A DNA stretch of 58,265 nucleotides, filler included, from Jimgerdemannia flammicorona (lineage: Eukaryota), in assembly GCA_003990765.1 (NCBI GenBank). It is 2 parts of 2 records of this genome, joined end to end, with 100 filler letters (N's around TTAATTAATTAA, not from the genome) between each part and the next. Parts side by side here need not be neighbours in the genome. Positions count along the whole stretch, not along the records: positions 1 to 29,089 come from RBNJ01000520.1; 1 more part is not named here. One strand, 5' to 3'. Below, one piece after another: positions 1 to 13,458 of the stretch (position 1 is its first letter; each line of letters starts with the position of its first letter). The notes under the pieces are model-generated. The model was not told the DNA's origin, ran no database searches, and saw only the letters and a list, made by a program, of their open reading frames with translations. The translations under genes and the position numbers were made by a program.

Positions 1-381
1 GGGTCTGCAGTACCTAGGTTGACGCTAGGAGTCCTTCTTAAGTGGGTCTCCATGTCTCTTCTGATGTCTTGAAACATCCTTTCTTCGACCAAGATACCTT
101 GATGATTCCTTGACCTTGAGATTTGGCGGGCAGCAGGCATTTTGTTTGTAGTAAGTCTTTGAGCTATTTTGGGATTGGGGTTCTTGTTGGCTGCTGCTAC
201 TGCGGTTCCTTGATCCTTCTTTTATATTCTTCAGGATGCTTGTGCTGTGGTCACAATGACTCACAGTTGGTCATCGTTGCTCATCTCATATGTCGTATGA
301 TCTTCTTGTACTCTGATCTGGTGGCTTGTAAAGAAAGGCTGTCTCCTGTGCTGATGTCATCATTCTGGGGTCACCGTTACA
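1..381 (-). repeat. 5' portion of a family A Ty3/Gypsy LTR, inserted into the gag of a family B copy; runs off the window
   Basis: Reverse complement starts TGTAACGGTGACCCCAGAATG at 381 and matches the LTR starting at 19112. It retains more CpG than the other copies. An open frame MPAARQISRSRNHQG... starts at 140. Confidence 0.9.
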
Positions 382-3222
382 ATATATATTTTGTTCTAAT
401 AGAGATATATCTCCTTTGATAGTATATTTAAGATCAAATTTACTGAGATACTCCTCCTCCTCTTTGGTTTGGTCCCTATATAATTGAGTTTGCTCAGCAT
501 CAAAGTAGATAGTATCAGTTATATATTAGATTTCAGATGGACTTAATTTAAGAGTTTGATCTAGTTCAGTATTAGTTTCAGATTCAGATAGGGCTATAGC
601 TAGACCTGCTTCTGGTTTAGGGTTAGGTTGTTAACAGAAAGTTTCTCTGACTTCTTCTTTAAGAATATGGTGAGTCTTGCAATTTTGAAAGCAGTAGTAT
701 AAGGTGGTTTTGGTTCTGGTATAGTAAAAGTCAGTAGAGTTGAGATACTTGGCTATGGAGACTCAGGCTTCATAAGAGACTAAGGCTAGAAAGTTGGTTG
801 CTGGTTATCCTAGATTACTCAGATTTGTAGAGCTGATAAAACTCTTATTGAGAAGAGTAAAGAAGGCTTCTATAAGATCTTCTTTATTTTGACTTGTGGA
901 GTATAGAGCAAGGAGTTCAGTGTATAGAATTTTGCCTATCTGCTGATTTAATTGGAGTACTTTTTTTTATAAATAAAGTCTGTCCCACTTATTACAGGTG
1001 TGGAGGTCAAATTGTCTATGTACATTAGGTTCAATTCTCTCCAGATTGTCAGATGGTTCAGAATAAATCCCAGTTCAGAGGTTGGACTTTATACCAACTT
1101 ATAGGAATTCTCATAGAGATTTTGTAGTGGGGTGAGAAAGTATCTTGAAGTGAAATTGGATTGTAAACTGCTACTACTAAGTTATAACAGAGTTACTAAT
1201 TAAAGTACCATTATGTAGTTCTAGAAGATTTTTCTGAAAGTTCTAAATATTCTAAAAGACTGTTTTCTTTAAGTTAAGATCAATTTCATATAGAGTATAT
1301 TCTCTATGCTTATTGATTTCAAAATTAGATTGATATCTCAACCAAAGTCCTTTTTTGGACTAGTTCTGGATGTTCAGGATTTTTCATATTTTAGGAAGTT
1401 CAAGAAACTAAGACTAGCTTAGTTGAATTGGCATATTGCTACAGACAATATCTAATTAGGAAATTTTGTGATATAGTTAGGAGTGAGATCTAATAGAGTG
1501 TAGATTTACTTAAGAGTAGTTTGTAGATTATTAAATAGATTTATTCACTATTTATGATATTGCTATACTAAGAGTAGTTATGTAAAGAGATATTATCAGA
1601 AGTTGTGTTTGGATTGTTCTTATCTATTTAAGTCTGAGATTCTGAGGTCTGGGAGAGAGGGTATTTATACTAATAGGAGGCTATCTGAACTATGCTAAAT
1701 ATAGATATAGTACTTAGTACCTTACTGAGTCAGAATATAGTCACATAGTATAAGTGTGAACTGATATATCAAGATATCATCTGACTACTGAGTCAGTTTA
1801 CAGTCATATCATACAAGGCTAATCTAACTATATTAATAACTACTAGGCTATCTATAGGTTTAGATGCTATCTGAATAGTCTTCAATGATATCACCATTAA
1901 TGACATCATCTCTGATGAAGTAGTCATCTAAGAAGAGTAGTTCTTGGATTGCTTCTCTCTGTTCACTTAGATAATAATATATTAAAACTTCATTGCTGTT
2001 CTACAGGATAGCATCATCTGTCTCACATGTTGGATAAGAAGTTGGTGGATAAAGAAGAGGTGCATCATCTTTACTTTTATCAGATTTGCTATCTGTATAT
2101 CTTCTATAGGCTATAGTGCTGTATTGCAGAGTTGTAGTATACTAGTAGCTATGCTTTATATCACTCATACTTGAGTAATAGAGTTATCAGTTTGATCTCA
2201 AGAGTTGTCTAGATATATAGATTGTGTTCTCTAGTCTCTTCATTATAGTTGAAGTAGTTGGGTATAAATGTGGGTTAATACTCATATCAGTGGTCATTGT
2301 CTCAATAGATCTCATAGGTAATTATGAACTATTGTAAGTTCATTAGTAAGATTGGTGGAGTGATCAGAGCTGGCAGAGATTCTTGGCTCAAGGTCATATT
2401 GATATCAGAGAGATTGTTATCTTCTGCTTCATCATCATCAAACTGAATTATATTGTAGATATTCTTCATAGTATATCCAACTTGAGATATTTGCAGGATA
2501 TGGTTGTTGGGGTGCAGAAAAGTTCTGTCTATAGTTTGAATATACTCAATATACTTGTAGTTGAGTTCTTGTACCATACTGTTGATTTGGCCATAGAACA
2601 AAGTTGCAACCATTTTGGTAGTAGTAACTTGAAGGTGAGGAATAAAGGTGCTATACTCATAAAAGAGTTCTCAATGTTTGTATATAAGGGGTTTCTGGTA
2701 TTGAGATATCTGGATAATATCTATATCATAGTGGTATTTGACTATATCTTCTAGGAGACAGCTGATCTGGTAGTAGCTTGAGATTTGTCTGATTCAGTGG
2801 ACTTTGCTAAGTATGTTCAGAGTATTCCATCAGACTTCTATGAAGTAGAGGAGTGCCAGGCTATGGATGTTCATGAGAGGCAGAGGAGAAGTGGTCTGAT
2901 TAATAATGACATTCTAAATATCAGTATGGATATAGTTATAGATCTCAGTGGTCATAGTTGTGGGTATTATTTAAGAGTTGTAGTTGTTTGTTTTATTTGT
3001 TATAGTTCTCTGTTTCAATATATCTGAGTATTGGGTATATATATATTTGATCCTGATTAGTAAGATTCTATTTGTGTAAATCTTATATTCTATAACTTTA
3101 AGTTGACTCATTTTTATACTCTGTGACTTTGGTTTAACTCAGCTTTATGATCTTACATGTGATTTCTGGTTTTATTCAAAAATGATATGTAATTTCAGTG
3201 GCTTGAAGATTGTATACTTATA
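382..3222 (-). mobile_element. Family B Ty3/Gypsy fragment: 5' LTR (1183-3222), putative PBS (about 1163-1182) and start of gag (382-1160)
   Basis: Colinear with 37620-40442. LTR termini TATAAG..GTTATA are consistent with mutated TGTAAG..TTACA. The LTR is followed by ACTTAGTAGTAGCAG, a mutated TGG-type PBS. Confidence 0.88.
1860..2955 (-). pseudogene. Degenerate accessory ORF (about 365 codons) inside LTR B; function unknown
   Basis: Starts MTTEIY at 2955 and includes ORF-track 2329..2613. The same frame is recoverable in the copies at 29860-30953 (+) and 39092-40185 (-). Stops are transition-derivable and frameshifts are private to each copy. Confidence 0.75.
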
Positions 3223-3531
3223 GCAATAGTAATGAGTATAAGGGAGAATTCTGGTAATAACTCACAGTAACCCTTCAGATCTTGGAATTTATAGACCTCA
3301 TAGCTATATATATGATAGTCTTTTTAGAGCAGCTAATAGTAGATATAAATAGGTTGCCTTTTTACTATTATATTTAAATTCCCACAGTATAACCAAGTTT
3401 ATTTCATACTATTTCTCTTTTTCTTAGGGTCTACAGCTCTATAGTGAGATCTGCTGACTTTATTCACATTATCTGATTAAGATGAAGAAAGACTGAAAAA
3501 TGTTATGAGGCATATTTTTGGTGGCTGAGCT

Positions 3532-5410
3532 TATAACAGTTCTAGTTTCTAAATGAGGAAGCAACTAGTTCTGGTGATCCTAAGTAGCTTGAGGATTTAA
3601 GTGTTCTTGAAGTATTTCTGGGAAAAATATTCTGAGGCTTTATTCATGAGAACAAAGGGGATATTTATACAAGATCTGAAAGAAGAATCTGGAAGGATCT
3701 GAGAAATTAAAGAAAAATACCAAGAGAAAAGTTCTTGGTAAAGATGACAAATGATGATAAATAAAGTTCTATAAGTTTTCAGGATATTCCATGACTAGCT
3801 AAATAAGTACTAGTTAATGCTCAGCACCAAGAAGAAAATTTCTAAGTATGCAGAAAGTGCTGGAAGGTTATAGAATATTCAAGAAAGACAGAGAAAAGAA
3901 ATAAACTATGCTAAAATGTTACATCTCCCCCTCCTTAAGAATCAATGTTCTCATTGAATTCTTAAAGTTACATATAATAAACAATAAGACTAAAAGAAAC
4001 TTCAAATTAAATATATCAACTCATTGGCAAGGATTGGCCATCCTTGTATAAGGCAAGGGCCAAAGTATCATCTTGATTGGATGAGAACTGGTTCAAACCT
4101 CATTGGTTGCAGGATTTATAGGATTTTTCTATATCTCTTATTTCTGATACTATATTCCTTAGAGAGCCCTAATATATAATGTGCCTGATCAGCACAGTAG
4201 GTCATCTACTATCCAAGGGGAGAACCTTATGGGCAGTCAATGAGTTCCTTTTTGCTCGAACTCTTAGATGAGGTCTTGGGAGTTCTTCAGATTGGCAACA
4301 GATTCCCAGATAGTGTCATATTCAGGGTAACCCATCCACTTGACTAGGTATTCTGTGTGATGGTATTGGACTTGTTTGTCTAAGATTTTCTCAACTTTAT
4401 ACTCAATGTGGTCTTCAACTATGACTGGTGCTGATGGTGTCAGAATTCAGCCAGGATATAGGGGTGACTGGTTCTAGGCCTTGAGTTGTGAAACATGGAA
4501 TACTGGGTATATATGTATGGTTGTTGGCAAGTTGAGATGGTAAGACCAGGTGGAGATTTACTCAGTAATCTCAAAGGGTCCAAGATACTTGGGCTGGAAT
4601 TTGGCTGACTGGTGATTAACTTGAGATTGAGCCTTGATGTTATTGACTTTGAGTAGAACCATATTACCAATATTGTATATGACATCTTGCCACTTCTTAT
4701 CTGCATACTTAGCTTGATGTTGCTGAGCCTTTTGTAGGTTTATAGTGGCGATCTTGAGAAGGGAATCTATTTTGTTAATAAGATTCTGGGCTGTGGGGAC
4801 TTATGTGTGACTGGATTGCTGGAATGGGACTAGGCTTGCAGGAGTCTCAGGGTTTTGACAATGAAGTAGCTGAAATGGGGAAAGGTCAGTTGATAATTGG
4901 TTGACATTATTGTAAGCGAACTCAGCATAGGTTAGATAGTGGTCCCAATCATCTTGCTTATAAGACATATAGTTTCTGGGCATTTGTTCAAGTATTCTGT
5001 TCATTCGCTCTATCTGTCTATCAGTTTGAGGATGGAAGGCAGTGGATATAGCAATTTGGGTTCCAAGGGTCTTGAAGAGTGCTTGCCAGAAGTGACTTGT
5101 AAACTTGGGGTCACAGTTGCTGATAATTACTCAGAGAAGTCCATAATGGTGGAAGACAGTCTTAAGAAGATTCTTGCAATTTCTGGGGCAGTGATATTGG
5201 TTGTGGTTGGCTTGGTAATTGTAATCTTGGTGAGATGGTCCACAAATACAACAATAGTATCATAGCCTGTTTTGGTTCATGGGAGTTACACAATGAAGTC
5301 CATTGTGACTTGTTCAAACTTCTTGGTTGGAATTTGCAAGAGTTGTAGAAGACTGGCAGGTGCTTGATTGCTTGACTTGTTTCTTTGATAAAGATCATAG
5401 CTTTGAACAT
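3532..5410 (-). mobile_element. Family C chromoviral Ty3/Gypsy 3' end: integrase core, chromodomain, PPT, 392-bp 3' LTR
   Basis: rve motifs MDFI..VFVDHLTK..DPKFTSHFW..FHPQTD..ERMNR..AEFAYNN (about 5300-4880). Chromodomain EYKVEKILD..EYLVKWMGYPEYDTIWES..NLKN (about 4410-4285). PPT AGGAGGGGGAGA at 3924-3935. LTR 3532-3923 bounded by TGTAACA..TGTTATA. Confidence 0.92.
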
Positions 5411-6185
5411 ACTCCTTTACCAGTAGTTGTACTACTCTGGGATCCTATCTCAGGCAACATATCATAGAGACACACACCTTACCAATAGTCAAACCAACCT
5501 TTAGTACCTCCTTTAAAGGCTCTGCCTCCTCAAAGCCCACCTTCACTCCCTCTAATCTCTTCAGAAACTTTACTGATACTGCTCCAGCCACCTGCTTAGC
5601 AATAAGCCCCAGCACTATTTTCACCATCATCACTAGGCTTCAGAAGCACAGTGTAACTGCAAATGTCAAGATCAATTTTTTAAGTAATAGGGCCACTGCC
5701 AGGTCTGTCACACCATCTGCTAAGTCCCTCTGCCCTCTAAGCCCCTACTACTCAGCTGTGCCATCAGCAGTCACATTTGAATTTTTTTTCAGATTGGCAG
5801 TCCTGTTGCTATCAGCCATCATACTCACTCCAGCCACTACTTCCCCAGCCCCACTGCCCTCACTGCTAAGGGCTACTTCCCCATGAACTGCTGTCTTCTC
5901 TATCTCCTTGCCTTTTCTCAGCCATCCCTCCAGCCCAGATGTCTGCTGTCTCTCCTTCACCATCTCTACAAAGCTTGTTCTCTCAGCCCCCTATTCTCCA
6001 CCACTACCTTCTCCCCCTCCTTGTCCTCCCACCAGTAGCCCCCTCATACTCCCTCCCAGGCCAGTACCTCTCCCCACCTGCTACTAGTTGAATGTGCTAG
6101 AACCACCCTGCCCAGTATGTACCCCAGATTGTCTGTTAATCACTATGTTGTTAGTCTCTTTTCTCCAAAAATGATATTGTAAGTG
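5411..6185 (-). mobile_element. L1-clade LINE fragment (5' end and N-terminal ORF1)
   Basis: Peptides 5445..5633 and 5748..5963 (VLGLIAKQVAGAVSVKFLK.LEGV.VGFEE) match ORF1 of the copies at 25592 and 57425..58216. Confidence 0.88.
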
Positions 6186-6199
6186 CTTACTAAAGATTG

Positions 6200-6538
6200 T
6201 ATAACCTGAATGGTACTAGAGAAAGGTATTGCATTCTTGTCTTTTCTTGGTGCCAAGTATCTGGTCTTAGCTAGTCATAGAACCTTTTGGAACATTATAA
6301 AATAATATTAATCAGCTTTGCTAAAAACCTATTTCTTGGTATTTCTCTTTCTTTCTAAGATCTTTCTTTCAGATCATGTATAAATATCCTTGTTCTTTGC
6401 TTAAATAGAGCTCAGAATATTTTCTCCCAGAAATCCTTCAAGAATACTTGAACCTTTAAGTATCTCTTTGATCTACTTTAGGCCAACCAGAACTTTCAGA
6501 TTTAGCTGCTTTCTCTTAAAGAAACTAGAACCATTATA
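6200..6538 (+). repeat. LTR related to the family C LTR (solo or remnant)
   Basis: Shares blocks with the reverse complement of 3532-3923 (TTAGCTAGTCAT, TTCTTTCAGATC.TGTATAAATATCC, CTCAGAATATTT, GAAACTAGAAC..TTATA). No TSD seen. Confidence 0.75.
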
Positions 6539-8940
6539 AGTATACTCAAGACTAGTGCTTCTAATAGGTCAATTTAATCTGGATTGGATTTAGATAGATT
6601 TGGATTGAATCCCATCCAGATCAACTTAGATGGGATTCAAATCCCATCTGGATAGATTTGAATCAATTATTGTTTTAATTTCCAAATTAGACAATTAAAT
6701 GTTTACATTAATAACTTGATGAATAATTATCCAAATTTAATATCTTAGTAATATTTGAAAGCCCTTAATAAGGCCTATCTAATGATACTAAGAACATTGA
6801 AATCAGATCATATATTGCTGAGTTATGAAGGAAACTATATAAATTACCCCCTTTTTGAAAATTATTTGATTTGCCAATTTTGGAAATTTCATCAAATAGA
6901 ATGTTTTCCTTAATATCTCAGCAATATATGATCAGATTTTAATATTTATAGTATCATTAGAAAGGCCTTATTAAGGGCTTTCAAATAATACCAAGATTAT
7001 CAAATTTAGATGATTATTCATCAAGTTATTGATGTAAATATTTAATTGTCTAATTTGGAAATCAAAACAATAGTTGATTTGAATCCCATCCAAATCTCAT
7101 CTGGATTGACTCATTCAGAGTACTACTCAAGACAAAGAGTGATCTAGCTAAGAGCAAAATTTTGATTAAAGATAGAGTCATCAATTCTAATTATATTAGA
7201 GAAATCTTACTCATTACTAGAAACTATAACTCTATAATTACATTTGCAAACTGACTTATATAAATACTGATCTTCTCAGTATTATAATCCAAGATTCTGA
7301 AAGTCAAGAAGTTAGAAAAAACTAAAAGAAGAAGAAAAGAATTCAGATCTACAAAAAGAGGAGTTTTTATCAGCACCAAGATTACTAAACTAGACTACAA
7401 GAATGAGAAAATCACAGATAAGTACAGCTATATTATTGGAAATAAATTTCTATTTGAAAAAGAACACAAGAAGCTGCTGTATAAATTTGAGGATATTCTT
7501 ACTACTAATTTCAAGGATATCAAAAGAAAGATACTATAATACTATCATAATATAGATATAGAAGATACTAAGCCAATCTATTAAAAAGCAAGACCAATTT
7601 CACTAAAATATTATAAATAGCTCAGAGAAAAATCAAGTAGATGAAAGAAACTGATATTATTAAGGAGACTATTAGTCTATAGTTCTCACTAATTATACTA
7701 ACTTTAAAGAAAAAAAGCAAGTTAGAAGAATTTGCTCCAAGACTCTATATAGACTACAGAAAACTCAATAAAGTTATCAAGAAGAATTATGAATTACTAT
7801 TTCTCATTAGTAATATTCTAATAATACTAGGAGATAAAGTACAATATTATACTATCTTGGATTTATACTTAGAATTCTATCATTGGTCTTACTAAGAAAG
7901 CTAGTGAAAAATCAGTCTTTATTATTTCAGACAGAACCTATATCTATCTGAGAATATTATTTGAAATATACAATACCTTAGCAAGTTTCTAGATAATAAT
8001 AAATAAGATCTTTTAAGAAAATATGAAAAAATAGATAATAGTCTATATAGATAATATAATTATCTTTAGTAAGATAGCTAAGAAACATCTGAACCACATC
8101 TATTGAATCTTGCAGAAACTGAGAGAATATAGCCTATTTATCAAGCTAAAGAAGTACAAGTTTATAAAAATTGAGATCTTCTATCTTAGACATATTATCA
8201 ACTAGACTGAAATCTATATAAACTCTATCAAAATTTAAGCAGTTGCAGCCTATCCAAGACTCATTATAATTACTAAAGCTTAAGTCTTTATGAGACTCAC
8301 TATTTATTATAAGAGGTTTATTAAAGAATTTTTCAATATTACAGATTCTATCTATAAACTGTTCAAGAAGAATACTAAGTTTTAATAGACTGGTAGGTAA
8401 TAATAAACTCTCAAATATCTCAAGATCTGTTTGACCAGATATCTATCTTGAGAAGACCTAACTGGTCTCAAGAGTTCATTCTATAGATAGATATAAGCTC
8501 AATTAGACTAAGAGCTATCCTTATATAAAGAAAAATAATGTCAAATATAATTATATATCTTAGCTGAAAAATCTATAAAGGAGAAAGAGAATATAAATTC
8601 TATAAGCTAAGGTATCTCACAGTCATCTAGGCTATAGAAATGTTTCACTACTATCTTGCAGGAAGATACTTCACTATTCTGACTGATCATTTAGCTCTTA
8701 TCTGATTATTGACTATAAGTAGATCTAAAGAAATATTTACCAGATAGATTATAAAACTGCAAGTCTATAATATAACTATTATATACTACTTAGAAAGAAT
8801 TAATACTAATATAGATATACTCTCATAGATATTCTAAATAATTTGCAACCAGCAAAACCAAAATAAATAAGAAACTCTATTATAGAATTATTATCTGTCT
8901 GAGATAGTAAAAGATACCCCAATGAGATTAACTTATAGTA
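6539..8940 (+). pseudogene. Family A-like Gypsy pol remnant (dUTPase, RT, RNase H, start of IN)
   Basis: Colinear with 15795-17630: KTKSDLAK..VINSNYIREI (dUTPase), IDYRKLN, VYIDNIIIFSK at 8041, TDHLAL at about 8680. Many stops. Confidence 0.85.
6553..7125. mobile_element. hAT-type MITE, 573 bp, long internal palindrome
   Basis: Degenerate TIRs TAGTGCTTCTAATAGGTC / GACTCATTCAGAGTACTA. Exact 8-bp TSD CTCAAGAC at 6545-6552 and 7126-7133. It interrupts a dUTPase remnant. Confidence 0.9.
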
Positions 8941-9389
8941 AGGTATATGATCCTGAGTCAAAATTTTGTCTGGGCTAAATGTGATGAATCAGAGATCAAT
9001 GAGCTGACTACAGCTAGCTAATCAGATTGAGCAAGCAAATTTGTCAATGAGAAAAAATAGTTACTTCTATATGGAAAAAATATAGAACCCCATCTCCCAC
9101 ATTATGGAAAAAATATAGAAAAAATAGAATCTCAATAAAAATGAGTAGGTTTTGTCAGCCTTAAGGTACTAAGAAAAAACTACATCTAAGTAGATTAAGT
9201 ATATCTCAACAAGAGTCATACAGAATTATTTTCACTAAGGTACACAACTGAGATATATTGACTTCTATTATTATTTTTACAACTAAAAATTCATATTAAT
9301 GAAAATAAATACATTAAGTATATTCTCAGATTTCTGAGATAATACTTATATTATTTGTTTAATACAGATTTATGAAAAAATTACATTAT

Positions 9390-10385
9390 AATAATATCTT
9401 TTATAAAAAATAAGAAATTTTATTAATAATTAATAGTAGTTATATAGTAATTATATCTAGTACTCCTAATAAGTCAATTTAATCCAGATTGAATTCAGAT
9501 TGATTCATATTGAATCCTATCTAGATCAACTCAGATAGGATTCAAATCTCATCTAGATCAACTATTATATTGATTTCCAAATTAGATAATTAAATGTTTA
9601 CATCAATAACTCAATAAATAATCATCCAAATTTGATAATCTTGGTGTTATTTGAATGCCCTTAATAAGGCCTTTCTAATGATATCAAGCTCATTAAAATC
9701 AGATCATGCATTGCTGAGTTATCAGGGAAAATGTCTGACATACTGATTTCAGAAATTATTCAACTTGCCAATTTGGAAATTACATCAAAAGAATGTTTTC
9801 CTTAATATCTTAGCAATACATAATCTGATTTTAATGTTCTTAGTATCATTAGAAAGGCCTTATTAAGGGCTTTCAAATTACATTAAGATCATTAAAATTA
9901 GAAAATTATTTATTGAGTTATTTATGTAAATATTTAATTGTCTAATTTGAAAATCAAAACAATGATTGATTTGAATTGATCTGGATGAAATTTGAATCTC
10001 ATCTGAATCAACTCATTCTGAGTACTAATTATATCATTAACTAATAAAAAGAAAAAAAATAAATAAAATTTAGTTATACTTTTATATTATAATATTTTTT
10101 ATAAGTTTATTATATAAAGAAATCTGCAGAATTTAATAAAATATATATAAATATTATATAACTATAGCTTAAAAGATCAAGATATACTAATTTTATATAA
10201 ATAAAGAATAAAGATAAATTTTGGTAAAAATCAATAGTAGTTATAGTAATTGTACTATTTACTAATAGAAATATTATAATATCTTTATGAATTTATATTA
10301 TAGAGAAATCTGTAGAATTCAGCAAAAAATATATATAAATACTATATAACTATAGCTTAAAAGATTGAAATATGCTAATTTCTAA
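9390..10385. repeat. Degenerate AT-rich tandem repeat (unit about 185 bp, 2-3 copies) interrupted by the MITE
   Basis: GAAATCTG(C/T)AGAATT..ATAACTATAGCTTAAAAGAT..CTAATTT recurs at about 10120-10195 and 10305-10381. AATAGTAGTTAT recurs at about 9432 and 10232. Confidence 0.6.
9458..10027. mobile_element. hAT-type MITE, second copy of the 6553-7125 family
   Basis: TAGTACTCCTAATAAGTC..AACTCATTCTGAGTACTA termini. 8-bp TSD ATTATATC at 9450-9457 and 10028-10035. Confidence 0.9.
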
Positions 10386-10670
10386 TTATGGTTATATGAT
10401 TTTACTCTAAATAATAATTTATAATAAAAAATAATAATTTAAGAAGCTTGAGACTTATTAAAAAGTTCAATATAACTGATTAATAATATAATTTAAGCTC
10501 AAGAGACTCAATATATATATATATATTATATTGATCTTATTATATATAGATTAATAAAATAGCATATATCTGACTCAATATATATATTATTAAATTGCTC
10601 ACATTATTATCAATATATATAGTAAGCTCAAGCTAGTATACTTAGTATAACAGTGATCTCAGAATGGTGA

Positions 10671-11860
10671 GGTCCTTTCTCTACTACCTTACTGATCACA
10701 ATGGTTTGGTAGACAACCTTCTGAGCCCACTTTTCACAATTATTACTCCCTCTACCTTGGGTTGGTTTGCTGTATCTGTTGCAGGGTAGTGGGGGGAAGG
10801 TAATGGTAATGAGTTGCCCTTTTATTGGTATTGGATCAGTATCTTCTCCACTTTTTCATGGTTTCTGGTGCCTTTGGCTGCATCTGGAGTGAATTCATTT
10901 TGATGCAGCACCTTCTTCCTTTTGCTATCACCAACAAGGTGCTGTCTCAGTATATTATGGGCTATATAGGAAGTCAGTCAACCATGGGCATTAAGTACTC
11001 AGTATAGGTTACCTATAGGTCCTTAGTATCTGTAGTAGGGCTCTCTGGCTTTGGCAAGCTTTCCAACAAGCACAGTTCTGGTATAGGTGACTGTTTTTTG
11101 GATGTTGTCAGGATGAGAGGGGAGATGGCTATCACAGATAGGAGAAAGGGCAATTATGGTGAACTAGTCAGATACCAGGCTGGGGGCAGTCATCAGGGCT
11201 GGGGCAAGTATTGCTTCAGTGGGGCCTTTTGATTGATGCGGAGTAGTTAGGTGATAGGTGATACTCTCAGCTTCTTTTGGTGACTCAGCAGATTGGGCTC
11301 TGGTCATTGGGAGGGGTCGGAGGGCCTGAGGTTACCCATTTCAGACATCTTAGCTGTACTCAACTAAAACTGGGAGCTAATATAGCAATGTAATTGAGGC
11401 CCACAGGCTTGAGTAGTGGGGTATTGGGAGTCTCCTCCTACCTTATATATAAGTCCTTTACTCATCTTAACTAAAAGAACTAGGCCCTATCCACCATGAT
11501 ATACTTTGATAAGGGTTTTTTCTTTGCCTATCATTTTCTTTGGGGTGGCAGGGGCTATTCTATTTGGCTTAGACATAGCCTTGTATATATATTGGGATCT
11601 CAGGCATGTGCTTTTGGTCATTGGCATATGGTTGGATTCCCCCTGGTAGTAGGGAGAGCATGGTGTGCAGAATGAGATGTAGGCCAATATAGGCCCTGCT
11701 ACACCTGGCATGGTCAAGCTGCTGGACAATAGCTAGCCTAGGTTAATGGGAGGGCAGTGCTTAGTGGGTAGTGGGGAAGGGTTTTGGCCTATATAGTCTA
11801 GGTTCTCTTTTAATAAAAATCTGTAGGACATTGAGTCTGTTAAAAAAAAAAAAAAAAAAA
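10671..11860 (+). mobile_element. Poly(A)-tailed retroposed insertion of unknown family inside the 5' LTR of element A
   Basis: AATAAA at 11812-11817 and A19 at 11842-11860. 18-bp TSD GTGATCTCAGAATGGTGA (10653-10670) / GTAATCTCAGAATGGTGA (11861-11878). Confidence 0.88.
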
Positions 11861-12106
11861 GTAATCTCAGAATGGTGACATCATCATAGAAGACAGCCTT
11901 TTCTTACAAACTATCAGATCAGAGTACAAGAAGATCATATAGTATGACTCACCCAAGTTATAAAATAAGTAATGATGACAAACTATAAGTTATAATAACT
12001 ATAAGATAGATGTCTCAAGGAATATAAAAGAAGAATCAAGAAACTACAGTAGCAGTAACTTAAACAAAGCTTACAAAAATAGTTCAAAAGACTTATTATA
12101 AACAAA

Positions 12107-12931
12107 ATGCCTGCTACTTGCTAAACCTCAAGATTCAGGAATCACTAAGACTTCTTAGTCTAAAAAAGGATATTCTAAGACATCAGAAAAGCTATGAGGA
12201 CCTGTACAAGAAGGACTCCTAGCCTCAACCTGGGTACTAGTGACCTCTATCATTATATTCTCAATTACTATGAAATGGAAACAAGGATCACCATTACTAC
12301 TGAATACCTCTAAATGTGGCAGAAATATGAAATAAGAAATCTCCTCTACCAGGAATTCCCTCAGACCAGTTCCTAAGAAATACAAGATATTACTTTTATA
12401 AATATGTATAAAATAAGGATAGATAAGAAGATTTATCAGATCTTCAGATATATATTATGGTCAATCTCCAACTTAGAGTATACTAGAATCTCAGACTTCA
12501 AGGAACTATCAGTCTGCCATACCAATGTACTGGAGGCCATGGTGACCACAGAAGCCTAGTCTACTATTACTCTCAATAGTGATAAGATAGGAAAGTTCTG
12601 GAATTCTATCCTCAAGGACAATTCTGATCAATTTCTGCAGAGATTAATCTCAGTATTTCAAGACCCCAGTATCCAGGTTAGACCTCTCTAAGACCTCACA
12701 TTTGTTCCTTATTTTGTAGAAGAGAATATTATAGATTGGAGAGCCCCTACTACTGCTGAATAAGATGATGTCATCTGTGATGATGTCATCAGTAATGATA
12801 TCATCCTACATGATATATATGAAACATATAAAATAGATGAAATATTCACAAACCTCATTTCCTTCAAGGATATCCTGGTCTCTAACAGTGATGAAGATGA
12901 AGCCTCTGTGGTTCTAATTATTCTACTCTAA
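12107..12931 (+). pseudogene. Accessory ORF (275 codons) inside 5' LTR A; function unknown
   Basis: The ATG-to-TAA span is 825 bp, a multiple of 3. Internal stops are explainable by transitions. The same frame is present in the 3' LTR and in the 1-140 copy. Confidence 0.78.
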
Positions 12932-13458
12932 GTTCTTAGTAATACTGAATTTTACTAGCATCTTTTTTCTATATGTATAACTGTTTTTTTCTAGCATTCT
13001 AATCATATATAACTCAGAAATTCTTCTGATATCGTTTTTCTGTACTACCAAAATCTACTGGCATTTTGAACTTATACAACCATTTATACAGATACTTGAA
13101 TTTATACTTACAACTATAGTTTTCTGTATTTCAGTATTTTATTTAGTTATTAGAATTTATATTTAGTCTTATAACTTAGTAACTATTGAATTATATTTTA
13201 TATAAATACCCCTCTTATTTCCTTTGAAATAAAGTCAGTTAAGTTTACTATACTCAGTTTTATATAAGTAATCTAAGAGATAATAAGATAGTTTAAAGAT
13301 AAGAAGTTTGAGGACTATAAGACCTTAGGAAGGTACTCCAATAAGAACTTGCTTATAACAAACTTGTGGTTAGTCTAAGAGATATACCTTGAAGAGAATC
13401 TGATATATTTAAAGGACTCAGCAACCACTATATGACAACTTAGTACCTATTGGCTGAT

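Noticed and set aside
2383..2754. Recurring ORFs 2383..2754, 30061..30279 and 39601..39984
   Set aside because: They are antisense shadows of the LTR B accessory ORF.
6590..6665. Short GGATT/AATCC and ATCGA repeats resembling a CRISPR or telomeric array
   Set aside because: They are subterminal motifs of hAT MITEs with no repeat-spacer periodicity.
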